Positions 51,311 through 61,932 of a stretch of DNA of 64,000 bases are shown in pieces. Source of the stretch: Octopus vulgaris (Eukaryota); the NCBI GenBank assembly GCA_951406725.2, contig OX597816.1, positions 149,048,001 to 149,112,000 on the forward strand. The letters run 5' to 3'. Below the pieces are notes generated by a model. It had not been told where the DNA came from, ran no database searches, and saw nothing but the letters and a program-made list of their open reading frames with translations. Position 1 is the first letter of the stretch. Every line of letters starts with the position of its first letter. Made by a program: the position numbers and the translations under genes.

Positions 51311-51583
51311 CATTTTTTATCATAACAGTTTCGTTTTAAACTTCAAGAAAGAAAGCCTTCAAGTTTATAATGAGACATTGCTGGCATAATTTCGTTATAT
51401 CTATATACCACAACATAAATACATTCGGTACTATTTAAGAAGAGCAGTCCCGGTGAGCGCACTTGCGCTAGTTAGTCGTGACCAGTTGACCCTACAACGA
51501 CTACCTATCCTATAACAAATGTTCGTACAAATTCGGTTGAAAGTTATTAGAAGAACGTAAAATAACGTTTTAAGGGTATGATG

Positions 51584-52224
51584 GGATCTTTTTTCTTTTG
51601 AACGGCAGTTTTCAACACAATTTCTAGTCAACTAAACACTTTTAAACTTCGTATACTGGTAGAATGTGTCAAAATAAAACATTTTTTTCTCTTGGCTTTC
51701 TTGAGAAAATTGTAATTTGTAAGTTTAACGTAGTTTAATTTTTCGAATTTTAACCAATCCTATGCCCTGTATTGAGCTAAAATCATTTGCTGCATCTAAA
51801 ACTGAGAAAACATCCTGTCACCAACCCTAACCCTAAATTTTAGCCTTTCGTTTTTTTTTTTCATAATTGTTAAATTAATTTAAGGATAACAATTAAGGAA
51901 AAAAAAAAACGAAAGCAAAAGCTCAAAACAAAAACAAAACGAATAATTTTAGACACACACGTAACAATTAAATTAATTTAACAATTAAGAAAAAAAAAAC
52001 CCAAAAGGCTAAAATTTAGGGTTAGTGACAGGATGTTGTCTCAGTTTTAGATGCAGCAAATTCGAAAAATTAAACTACGTTAAACTTACAAATTACAATT
52101 TTTTCAAGAAAGCCAAGAGAAAAAAAATGTTTTATTTTGACACATTCTACCAGTATACGAAGTTTAAAAGTGTTTAGTTAACTAGAAATTGTGTTGAAAA
52201 CTGCCGTTCAAAAGGAAAAGATCC
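51584..52224. mobile_element. Foldback MITE (GGATC family) with 8-bp TSD GTATGATG
   Basis: TSD at 51576-51583 and 52225-52232; arms nearly perfectly complementary over most of their length. Confidence 0.92.
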
Positions 52225-52618
52225 GTATGATGAGGGTACCAAAAACAGGTAGTATGTTATTTTTAAAAAAGGATTTCGATTTCAGGAACAATGAATTGCG
52301 GTCCTGCTGGTCTTGCACATACCATTCTGTTCAATTCCAAAGTAAATATCTGGTATTTATGCTGACTTATGTATGTCCTTTTACTAGTTAAACCCCACCA
52401 CCCCAATTTTTATTTACTTTTTAAAACTGAACAATTACCCTAATTTTATAGATACTTCTTTCAAAATTACCGTTTTCATCACTTTTATAGGCTGAACAAT
52501 GTAAAACGTTAAAGATAGAAGCCTCGTTTAAATCTAACACAAGCTAGGTTCAATGTTGTATCTATATCTTGGTCTTGTAGTATAATACCATTCATATCTG
52601 GGATGCTTTATAAGAATA

Positions 52619-53012
52619 CTAGCAATATCGCCCGGCGTTGCTCGGGTTGTAAGGGAAATAACTATATAAGCATTTTTAGAGAGTTATAGCCAAAAAATAG
52701 CAAAAAAATGCATTAAAAATTGAAAAAAAATTAAGGTAAATTTTTTTTAAATCGTTGACACATCGTAGATATTTTTAGAGAGTTACTTCCCTTATATAAA
52801 AGCGAAAAAAATGCATTAAAATGGAAAAATATGATGGTAAATTTATTTTAAATCGTAGACTCATCGTAGACGCACGCTAATACCCAGAAGGGCTCGATAT
52901 GAATCACGACTATAAGATACCCGCTTTTGGTTAAACTGTACCGCAAAATGTGGGAGTAGTTAGGAATCTAAATCGTAGGAGACAGACACACAACTTCACT
53001 CTTATATAAAGA
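52619..53012 (-). mobile_element. 394-bp non-autonomous Helitron
   Basis: 5' TCTTTATATAAGAGTGAAGTTGTGTGTCTGTC; 3' CCCGAGCAACGCCGGG hairpin then CGATATTGCTAG|T. Confidence 0.88.
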
Positions 53013-54172
53013 TGCTTTTTTTTTTCAGTCATAGAGTTAGATTTATGAAGGTCTTCAGTAGAAAATCCTTCGAATTCTGACTCGCTGCTTGATATAATGA
53101 AATTCGTATCCATTTTTTGTCAGAATTACAAATTTTGAAAACACAATAGGAACAAATTTCGGAAAAAAATCTCCCATAATTCACGGAATTAAAATTACAC
53201 TTCGATTTTTGTACAAAACTGTAGTTGAAGTGTTTACGAAGTATAATACGTGTTTTCACGAATGTACTAAAGAGATTTGCTCTGATATTCTCATTTAAAT
53301 ATGAATAGGTAAATTCGGGCGGCTTGGTAACTATATATAAGTGTCGTCTGTTTATACATAAACACTGGTTCATACTGCAATTATATATACATATATCTAT
53401 ATATAATATTATATAATAAAATATATACAGAGTAAAATAAAAACCAATTTACCTTTTCTGTCCGTCCGTGTGTCTTTGCAAATGTGTTGGAATGATAAGT
53501 GAGTTGATTTTTGGCGCCTTTTTTACTAATAACAAACACACACGTGTTTGTATGTAGTTGTATGTGTATGTAGTTGTATATGTATGTGTATGCGTGTGTG
53601 TGAGGAATGACACACACACACTCACGCACGCACACATGTACATCAATGCTTTCGGAGTGATATGTTAAAATATTGAGTTTTCTCGAATTTTGTCTTAATT
53701 GGTGGTAAAATTGAAAGAAATTTTTTATGGCATCACCCACTGAAGTACTCTGAAAAATCTTAGGTAAATTCTAATTGAAGAAATTGTGTGAGGAGTAATT
53801 GGTTATGTATTTATTTGTTTCTGTTTGCTGTGTTTTTTTATTTTTTGAGTAGTGGTTGAAATACTTTCAGTTTAGTCTTCCTCAAATCACTCTGTCGCTA
53901 TTTACTTTCATTTTATTCGTTGCCCACTGTGTGTGTGCGTTTGCGTGTGGTGTAAACCAGACTAAGAAAAGCATTTGACACACACACCAGAATGTGAGTT
54001 TTCTGTAAATTTTGCTTAATTGGAGTTTAAATTTTAAAAACTGGACCTGGCATGACGCGATGCATTGTACTCTCAAAAATGCTAGGTAAATTGTAATTGA
54101 AGAAATGCTATATTGTAGATTTGTATAACTCCCAAAGGGAGGCAGATAATATCTGCCTTTTATAATAAGAGA
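53013..54172 (-). mobile_element. Additional Helitron-like segment with its own 5' TC terminus, stacked on the 52619 element
   Basis: 5' A|TCTCTTATTATAAAAGGCAGATATTATCTGCC; internal repeat taggtaaatt(c/g)taattgaagaaat; no separate CTAG end seen. Confidence 0.5.
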
Positions 54173-54249
54173 TTAAATTGACCGAAACACTTACACTTTA
54201 TTGATCCTTTTTCATCTGAAAGGCAAAATTGACATTGGTGGGGTTTGAA

Positions 54250-55020
54250 CCCAGAAAATAACTATATACCATGCCAACAAAAGCCAGGTACAGGGGCTTA
54301 TCTTTGGTTAGGTATTTCTCCTGCAGTTGTCGAACCAGGAATATGGTATTAGTGGTGCTTCCACCTGGCACAAAACTGAACTACCTCTCATCTAAGCAGA
54401 CTCTGTCCCTGATGAGATGGGCTATGACCCACCTCCGTGACCTTCGTTACCTGATCCAGCAGTTTGATACCTCTGTAGTTATTTCTATCTAGAGCATCAC
54501 CTTTACCCTTGTAGCAGTTGACCATGGTGCTGCTACGCCAGTCGTTGGGTATGATTCCATCATGAACTACCTGGTTTACAATGTGGGTGACTAGGCCATA
54601 GCCTACAGCAGCAGATGTTTTAAGCATCTCAGCAGTGATTTCTGATGGGCTGGGGGCTTTTCCTGGCTTCATACCCTTAATTGCTTTATCTACTAGGGAG
54701 CTGTCTATACGGATAGCTGGTCCTTCTACTGGGTGAACATTTGGCAGGCTCTCCTCCTCCCATTCATTCTCCACATTCAGCAGTCTTTCATAATCGCTTC
54801 TCCAAGCCTCTTTCTTTTCAGAATCATTAAAAGCAAGTGCACCATCATCCATTCGGACACATTTCTCTCCTGTGACATCACAATTTTCTCTCACACACTG
54901 TCTTGCAATCTGAAATGGCTCAGTTCTTTGGTCCTCATGTTCCTGGACACTGGCAAACTTCTTTTCTGCTTCGCTCTTGGCTATGTATACCGGCCACCCA
55001 GTCTCCCTTTTGGCTGGGTG
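54250..55020 (-). mobile_element. Internal RTE-clade LINE ORF fragment (linker plus start of RT)
   Basis: KGMKPGKAPSPSEITAEMLK...IPNDWRSS...YKGKGDALDRNNYRGIKLLDQ. Confidence 0.85.
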
Positions 55021-55551
55021 GCAGGTATACATGCATATATATATATATATATATACACACACTTTTATGTGGTATGTAAGAGCAGCCCTGGTCAAATTGT
55101 TCAACTCATGCAAGCCTGGGCAATGGACATTAAATGATGATGTGCATGTGTATATATGTATATATATATACATAGACACTTTTTTTTATGGGTCAACAAG
55201 GCTACTAATGATTTCATAGAAAGAGGGATAGCTTTTGCCTCCATTTTGGATGAGAATACACGAATTTACACAATACTGTATAGAATTTTGGGATAAATTT
55301 ACAGATCATGGTTGATAACTTATAAAGAAATCTTGTTTTCTTATAAACAGTTTGTGCAAAGGCTTTATGGATTTAGGTATTCTATAGAAAAATCCAACAA
55401 TAAAGGAATCTAGTTGTTAGCTATTGAATTTGTAAAGAGATTCTTACAAAACAAAAAAAGGTTTTTTTTTCAGAGAAATCAAACAAAACAATTATTTTGG
55501 AAATTTTTAATATACAAATATAATTATTTATCAAAATATAAATACTCAGTC

Positions 55552-55598
<47 letters not shown>

Positions 55599-55622
55599 AT
55601 CGAAAGATTAATTTTTATGGTG

Positions 55623-56579
55623 TCAAGTAAGGTCATTTGCTTTATATAAACTTATACTTTTGACATTGGTAACTTGTGTTGATGATAATGGTAAACTGTC
55701 CCCTCCTGCTGTAAAAAGTCCTACAGGATAGACACCTTCATTGCTACCAGAAGTCACATTGCTGTCAATTGACTGAGTTGTTATAGTTTGATTTAGTGGT
55801 TTTGAAGGGTCTTCTCTTATGGGACTGGACTGAGAACACATCTGTTCTAAAATACATGATGCAAGGGATAAGTTAGAAACTAGAGAACTTTCAAATACAT
55901 TAGATTTTAATTTAGCTGTTATTCCATGTATTATATCTGTTGCTGCTTCATTTGAAACTGTAGATGTATCAAAATGTTTATTCAGGTGACCGTATTCGTT
56001 ATCTTCAGGCCCTACAGGTTCGATTTTCAAACTAGGGGCCATGCAAAAATTTTCAGAAAAGTTATTTTTTGTACTACTACTCAGTGATCCAATCTCAGAT
56101 TCTTGTCTGAAGACATTAACTTTATCCTTCTTAGCCAGTGGTAATTCAGTCTCAAAAGGCTCTTGTTTAATATCAAATGCTTGTGTAGTGATGGATGGAG
56201 TAGACTGAGATGTAACTGAAATGATAGATGATGATGATGGTAGAGGTGGTTGAACTGATAGTTCGGTCTGTGTGTTGTAATGGTCACCTAAGACAGTAGA
56301 TGTTGAAATATGTGGTTGAGATTCTTCATATGGAAGACAACTATCACACAGTTGTTCAAATTCTTTCATGTCCAAACGTTTTGCAATGATTTTCAACTGA
56401 TGTAAAATATCTGGATCAAGATCTAATAATCCATTGTACATGTATTCAGCAAAGGCATTTAAAGCTTGTGTACTTACTTCCTCTGGAAAGTTAATTTCAA
56501 GAAAATTGCGAGAGGGGATATTTGTACTAAATACTGACAACAGTTTTGGACACACAGCAGACAGGACAACTTTATGTAC
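55623..56579 (-). CDS. BTB/POZ-domain protein paralog 3, last coding exon
   Basis: tttcag|GTA CAT acceptor; VHKVVLSAVCPKL...FAEYMYNGLLDL...AKRLDMKEFEQLC; 957 nt open to TGA. Confidence 0.9.
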   Translation of the reverse strand, partial: VHKVVLSAVCPKLLSVFSTNIPSRNFLEINFPEEVSTQALNAFAEYMYNGLLDLDPDILHQLKIIAKRLDMKEFEQLCDSCLPYEESQPHISTSTVLGDHYNTQTELSVQPPLPSSSSIISVTSQSTPSITTQAFDIKQEPFETELPLAKKDKVNVFRQESEIGSLSSSTKNNFSENFCMAPSLKIEPVGPEDNEYGHLNKHFDTSTVSNEAATDIIHGITAKLKSNVFESSLVSNLSLASCILEQMCSQSSPIREDPSKPLNQTITTQSIDSNVTSGSNEGVYPVGLFTAGGDSLPLSSTQVTNVKSISLYKANDLT

Positions 56580-56826
56580 CTGAAACAAAGTAAATGATAA
56601 AACATGCTAATAACTTAACTTAAATCAAGGAGTAAGTCTTTATTTCTTGTTTTTCTCCCCCAAAATATTCAATTCCAAACAGGAAAGCAATTGTCTCTAA
56701 TGAAAGATTAGTAAAATTCAAAAGTTATTTTGATCTGTGTATCTTTATTAGCAATTTGAAAAAAATTATATCAATATGATGTACAGGTAACTTTAAAAAT
56801 CTTAAGAAACTGTTTGATAAATATTA

Positions 56827-57133
56827 TGTGGTTTTAGTAGTGTTATGGGCTGTGATGGAGCTATGTGGTGTTGGTGGAAGGGATTGCAGATGAGGTGGAC
56901 GGAAGTAAGGCTTGCAGGGGCCGGCGGAAGAGTCACAGGGGTGTGCGTGGGAAGGAACCACGTGTGGTCAGCAAGCACATGTGGCCAGTTTGAGCAAAGA
57001 TGGCAGAGAGACAAGACATGTTTAATTCATGAGAGTGACCGCTGATTTCACCGAGGTCAACAGGTAAGACCTTTTGTATTTCTTTCTCTCGTTTGCTTCT
57101 TTTTCTGTTGTCCTTTTCCTTCATCACACTACA
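56827..57133 (+). repeat. 5' LTR (307 bp)
   Basis: TGTGG...CACACTACA; matches the 3' LTR with substitutions and a 17-bp length difference. Confidence 0.92.
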
Positions 57134-57169
57134 AGCTATTTCGGTCCATAACAAAAAAAAAAAAAATGA

Positions 57170-57890
57170 ATGATGAGTGTTGTCCGTATTTTGAATGATA
57201 TGATCAAACCATTTTGCAGTGACACAGATGTAGTCGCTTGGTTGAAGAAGATGAAGTTGGTGGCGAAGCTCCACGGTATAAGTGACTTATCGAGTTTTAT
57301 ACCGCTGTACTTGGATGGTTCGGCGTTGGCGCTGTACCTAGAAATGGAAGAGAGGGACCGACTTAGCGTGGAGAAAATAGAAATCCGTTTGATGGAGGCC
57401 TTTGCAGAGGGAATGTTCGAGGCATACGCTCGCCTGGGGAAAACAAAATGGACTGGGGAACAGGTTGACGTATTTGCAAACGAACTCAGGAGATTGGCTA
57501 AACTGGCGGGATATGAGGGAGAATCGCTGGACCGAACGGTTAAGTTGGTGTTTGTGACTGGCTTTCCTGACCACATGTCGGTCGAGTTGCAGAAGCTGCC
57601 GAATATTCACTCGATGGTGATGGCAGACATTGTATCTCGGGCTCGCGTGCTAGTTTCGTGCTGCAGAACAACGTTGGTAGCAGCGACTTCAACAATTAAA
57701 AGTGGCCATGGAAAGAGCAGCAGAGAGGGGTCAAAGAAAGAACATGTGCGATCATTCAAAGGACAGAGTTTCCGGTGTCAGGGCCCGCACATGGTATGAG
57801 ACTGCGAGTCACCCAAGCCTGAGGTCATTTGCTACTGGTGTCGAGAAACGGGACATATAGCCAGCGAATGTTTGCGGGGAAATGGTCTGA
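57170..57890 (+). pseudogene. gag (capsid-like region plus two degenerate zinc knuckles, in-frame stop at 57797-57799)
   Basis: IKPF...DVVAWLKK...IPLYLDGSALALY; SFRCQGPHMV*DC and CYWCRETGHIASEC. Confidence 0.8.
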
Positions 57891-57924
57891 GGGAGACTAC
57901 TGCGCTGGTAGTTGTCCCTTTGGA

Positions 57925-60700
57925 TCAATAGAGGTGCGTTTATCGTCATTACCTGTAGTCGACATTCTGGTGGAGTGGAAGATGTCGCAAGCCCTTGCGA
58001 ACACGGGCTGTACAACGACCCTGATGACTCCAGAAGTGGTAGAGACGTGGAGTGCAGAAAGCAGTGTAAGTGCAGTCAACGGAAGAGAAGTACACTGTGA
58101 AGGCATTACAGATGCGCAGATTGTGGTGCAGGGAATAAGGCTGACGCTACGAGCAATTGTAGTTGGCCACTTGGTGGACGAGATTGACGTGGTGATGGGG
58201 ATGGATGCAATCACCCGTTTGGGAGGTGTCACTGTTAACAAGGCCAGTGTAACGTTCAGGTTTGCGGGGAACCCATGTATGGATGAGACTGTGCACTGAT
58301 GAGAACCATGAAGAAAAGTATGCTGCACACGCCATTGAAGACCAGGATTTTCGGGCTGTCTTCGATGGCCAGAGGTGGACAGTGGAGTGGCACTGGAAGG
58401 GAGAGCCCCCGACATTAAAAAATAAAGTGGGCTGCTATCAGCATACCCTAAAAGGAGATGCCAGAAGTGAGTTTGAGGGGGATGTGGAGCAGTGGATTAA
58501 GGAGGGCATATTGATCCCTTGGGATGAAGAAGAGAGCAGAGTCCTGCCACTGATGGCGGTGGTACAGACCACAAAGCATAAGGTCAGGCCAGTGCTTGAC
58601 TTCCGAGAGCTGAACAACCACGTATCATGTCATACAGGCGGCGAGGCCACAGATGTCTGCGGAGACACCTTGCGAGTGTGGAGACAGATGACAGGGGCCT
58701 CCACGATCGTCGATTTGAAGTCGGCATACTTGCAGGTACATGTGGCTGAGAAACTGTGGAAGTATCAGCTTGTCAGGTATAAGGGCCGGACATACTGTCT
58801 GATCAGGTTGGGGTTCGAGCTGAATTCAGCGCCAAAAATCATGGCAACAATTCTCAAGGCCATCCTGGGAAAGGTGGACAGAGTTAAAAAGGCCACCAAT
58901 TCGTACGTTAATGACATTCTGGTGGATGAAACTGTAATGCCAGCAGCGGAGGTCATAGGCCACTTGAAGAATATGGGACTGATCGCCAAGCTACCAGAGG
59001 CAATAGAGGAAGGTGCTGCACTGAGCCTCAAGCTATGGAGAGATAAGGCCGGCACATTGGTGTTCCAGCAAGGGAACGAGATCCTCGAACTGAGTGCCAG
59101 CATGAGTAGACAGGAACTGTTCTTGGTGTGTGGGAAGCTGGTTGGACACTACCCGATTGCAGGATGGCTCCGGACAACATGTAGCTTCATCAAGAGACGA
59201 GCCGAAGGAGTGAAGTGGAACGATAGAGTGGGGGAGAAGACGACCGACATGATACAGGAAGTCTTGGTCAGAGTGAGAGCAGAGGATCCAGTGAGGGGCA
59301 GTTGGTATGTTCCCAAATCAAAGAGTGGGATTGTATGGTGTGATGCCAGTAGCATCGCAATAGGGGTTGTCTTGGAAGTGGGAGGCGTCATGGTGGAAGA
59401 TGCAGCCTGGCTCAGGAAGACGGATGACTGCAATTATACCAATGTGGCGGAGTTGGATGCTGTGTTGAAGGGAGTGAACCTAGCCTTGAAGTGGGGGCTG
59501 CACACCATAGAAATCAGGACTGATTTGGCCACTGTACTTGGTTGGGTGACAGCAGTCATCACCATTGAGCGGAGGGTGCGAACCAAAGGGGCCACAGAGA
59601 TGCTGGTAAAGCGTCAATTGGGAATATTGCGTAAACTAACCACTGAGTTCAATCTGTAGCTGATCTTTGTGCCTTCCGAGAACAAGGCAGACGTCCTGAC
59701 CAGGGTAAAGCGAGTCTGGTTGCAGGTGCCAGAGGATGCAGAGCAGGCTGTGGCCGCAGTATGCCATCTGAGTGACTTGGAGTTGAGGAGATTGCATACC
59801 ATGCATCACATGGGGGTGGACAGGATGTTGTTCCTAGCTAGGAAAGTTGACTCTGATGTAACAAGATGGAGCGTGGTTAGCAGCTGTGACAGGTGGCAGT
59901 CCATCGACTCTGCTCCGGGCGAACATGAGGCGGGAAGTATTCCAGTGGATCACGACTGGCGGTGGACATAACACACTACTGGCAGGGGACATACCTCTCA
60001 ATGGTTGACTGCGGACCGGGGCGGTTGGCCATATGGAGGAGATGAAGACAGGGACCGCAGAGGAAATTGTGAAAGTATTAAATGAGATATTCCTGGAACG
60101 AGGCCCCGTGGATGAACTGCTTCTGCATTTCGCTTGGAGGTGCTGAAAGAAATGCTTGATGGGTGGCAGGTGAACCCCTTCATCAGGATGGCATACCGGC
60201 TGAGTGGAAATGGGGTGGTGGAAAGGCATCATCGTACCATCAAGACCATGGCAGAGAGGGGCCACATTTCACCAATCGAGGCTGTATTTTGGTACAATAT
60301 GTCGCTCAAGTCAGGACAGGCTGAGGAGTTGGTGCCACACGGAAATATTCAGGTACGAGTGGAGGCATCCATGTACTGCATCAATGTGACCCGGAACAGA
60401 GGAAGAGCATGCCTTTGTGCAGGTCGGAGAAGAAGTTTGGGTAAAACCCCCAAACGTATGGTGTACATCACGATGGGGAAAGGGAATAACCTCCATCAAT
60501 TCGAAGAACAACGTCTCTGTCAATGGTGTGCCACGCTACATTTTGGATGTACTGAAGATTGTCCATGCCTCAGTAGGCAAGAAGATGAAGCAAGCAGCAG
60601 CATGCCAGGAACTCAGGCTAGTCCCGGGGTCGCACGGTGACCACAGAGGGAGCGGCACCCTCCTCCCTGGTTGGCTGATTATGAAACCAGTTAAGGTGTG
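57925..60700 (+). pseudogene. pol (protease, RT, RNase H, integrase), inactivated
   Basis: ALANTGC (degenerate DTG), RPVLDFRELN, IVDLKSAYLQ, SYVNDIL (YxDD changed to YVND), VWCDASS, AELDAV, SGNGVVERHHRTIK; stops and frameshifts. Confidence 0.88.
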
Positions 60701-60745
60701 AGTTTGGGAGCGAGGAGTGAGTGGGAAAGCCAGTTGTAGGGGGCA

Positions 60746-61035
60746 TGTGGTGTTAGTAGTGTTATGGGCTGTGATGGAGCTATGTGGTGTTGGTGGAGGG
60801 GATTGCAAATGAGGTGGACAGAGGTAAGGCTTGCAGGGGCCGGCAGAAGAGTCACAGGGGCATGCATGGGCAGGAAGCATGTGTGGCCAGTTTGAGCAAA
60901 GACAGCAGAGAGACAAGACGTGTTTAATTCGTGAGAGTGACTGCTGATTTCGCCAAGGTCAACAGGTAAGGCCTTTTGTATTTTTTTCTCCTGTTTGCTT
61001 CTTTTTCTGTTGCCCTTATCCTCCATCACACTACA
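60746..61035 (+). repeat. 3' LTR (290 bp)
   Basis: TGTGG...CACACTACA followed by TSD TATTA. Confidence 0.92.
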
Positions 61036-61482
61036 TATTATAAAACACACTGAGAAAGAGAAACTTGTGTTACTGGACACTTGGAACTAACATATTTTTT
61101 ATGGCATATAAGATGTACTTTTTTACCAAAAAAAAAATGTTTCAAAAAGTTGGGCCTCCCATAAGCTTGTATTTTCTCGTATGTTTTATTACTGTAATCA
61201 TGTAGAATATTTTCACTAGCATGATTCCTGAATTTTGGTTGAGTTGCACTGCTAACTTACTTTTTATATACAGTGATGTTTTCTGCTATAGCTAAAATAT
61301 TTCTCTAATCTTTTGTAACATATACTAGATTACTTTAAATATTACATGCTTTTATCCACTAAAACTCTTTTTCTTGAATATGCACTATGGAAATTGTGGG
61401 GGGCATCTATTGTTCTATCAAGTGCAGCAACTATGTTGGAGGCATTTCTAAATACTAAAGTTTTAAAAAGCAATATACTTAC

Positions 61483-61932
61483 CATCACAGCAGATGAACC
61501 GTTACTAATACTAGCATCACACAGTTTTCTATTCCTCCACAACGAAGCAATGTTAGACATCACATGGCGCTGATAATTAGCAATTACAAATATCTGTTTC
61601 CGTGGAGTTTTTCCCACAGAACAGCGGGCTTGTGTTTGTTCTGCGGTTTCAGCTGCCCTTGCTTTGGCTGTGGCAGCGGCATCTAGAGAATGGCGGGCCT
61701 GTTTTTGTTTTGCAGTTTCGGCTGCTCTTGCATTGGCCATGGCAGCGGCATTTCGTGAACGGCGGGCCTGTGTTTGTTCTGCGGTTTCAGCTGCCCTTGC
61801 GTTGGCCAAGGCAGCGGCATTCAGAGCTAATCGAGTAGCTCTGTCTTGGAGTGCCTCTTTGGCCCTTTTGGCCCTATGAGCCTCTGCACCAGCCGTCCTT
61901 CTTCCAATGCGGACCCTCTTCTTTGGGGGCAT
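61483..61932 (-). CDS. BTB paralog 3, first coding exon: Helitron-like N-terminus with 23-aa repeats fused to the BTB N-terminal half (468-aa model)
   Basis: AAAATG start; MPPKKRVRIGRRTAG...AETAEQTQAR repeats...RHVMSNIASLWRNRKLCDASISNGSSAVM|GTAAGT; phase-0 join to 56579. Confidence 0.82.

Larger units (their letters stand above)
56827..61035 (+). mobile_element. Full-length Gypsy-like LTR retrotransposon in the intron of BTB paralog 3 (antisense), 5-bp TSD TATTA
   Basis: TG...CA LTRs at 56827-57133 and 60746-61035; TSD at 56822-56826 and 61036-61040; short purine tract AGGGGGCA before the 3' LTR; order gag-PR-RT-RH-IN. Confidence 0.93.

Noticed and set aside
51820-51836. Telomere-like (TAACCC)n, also near 9850-9880, 25595 and 37985
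   Set aside because: Only 2-3 units, internal to MITEs; not interstitial telomeres
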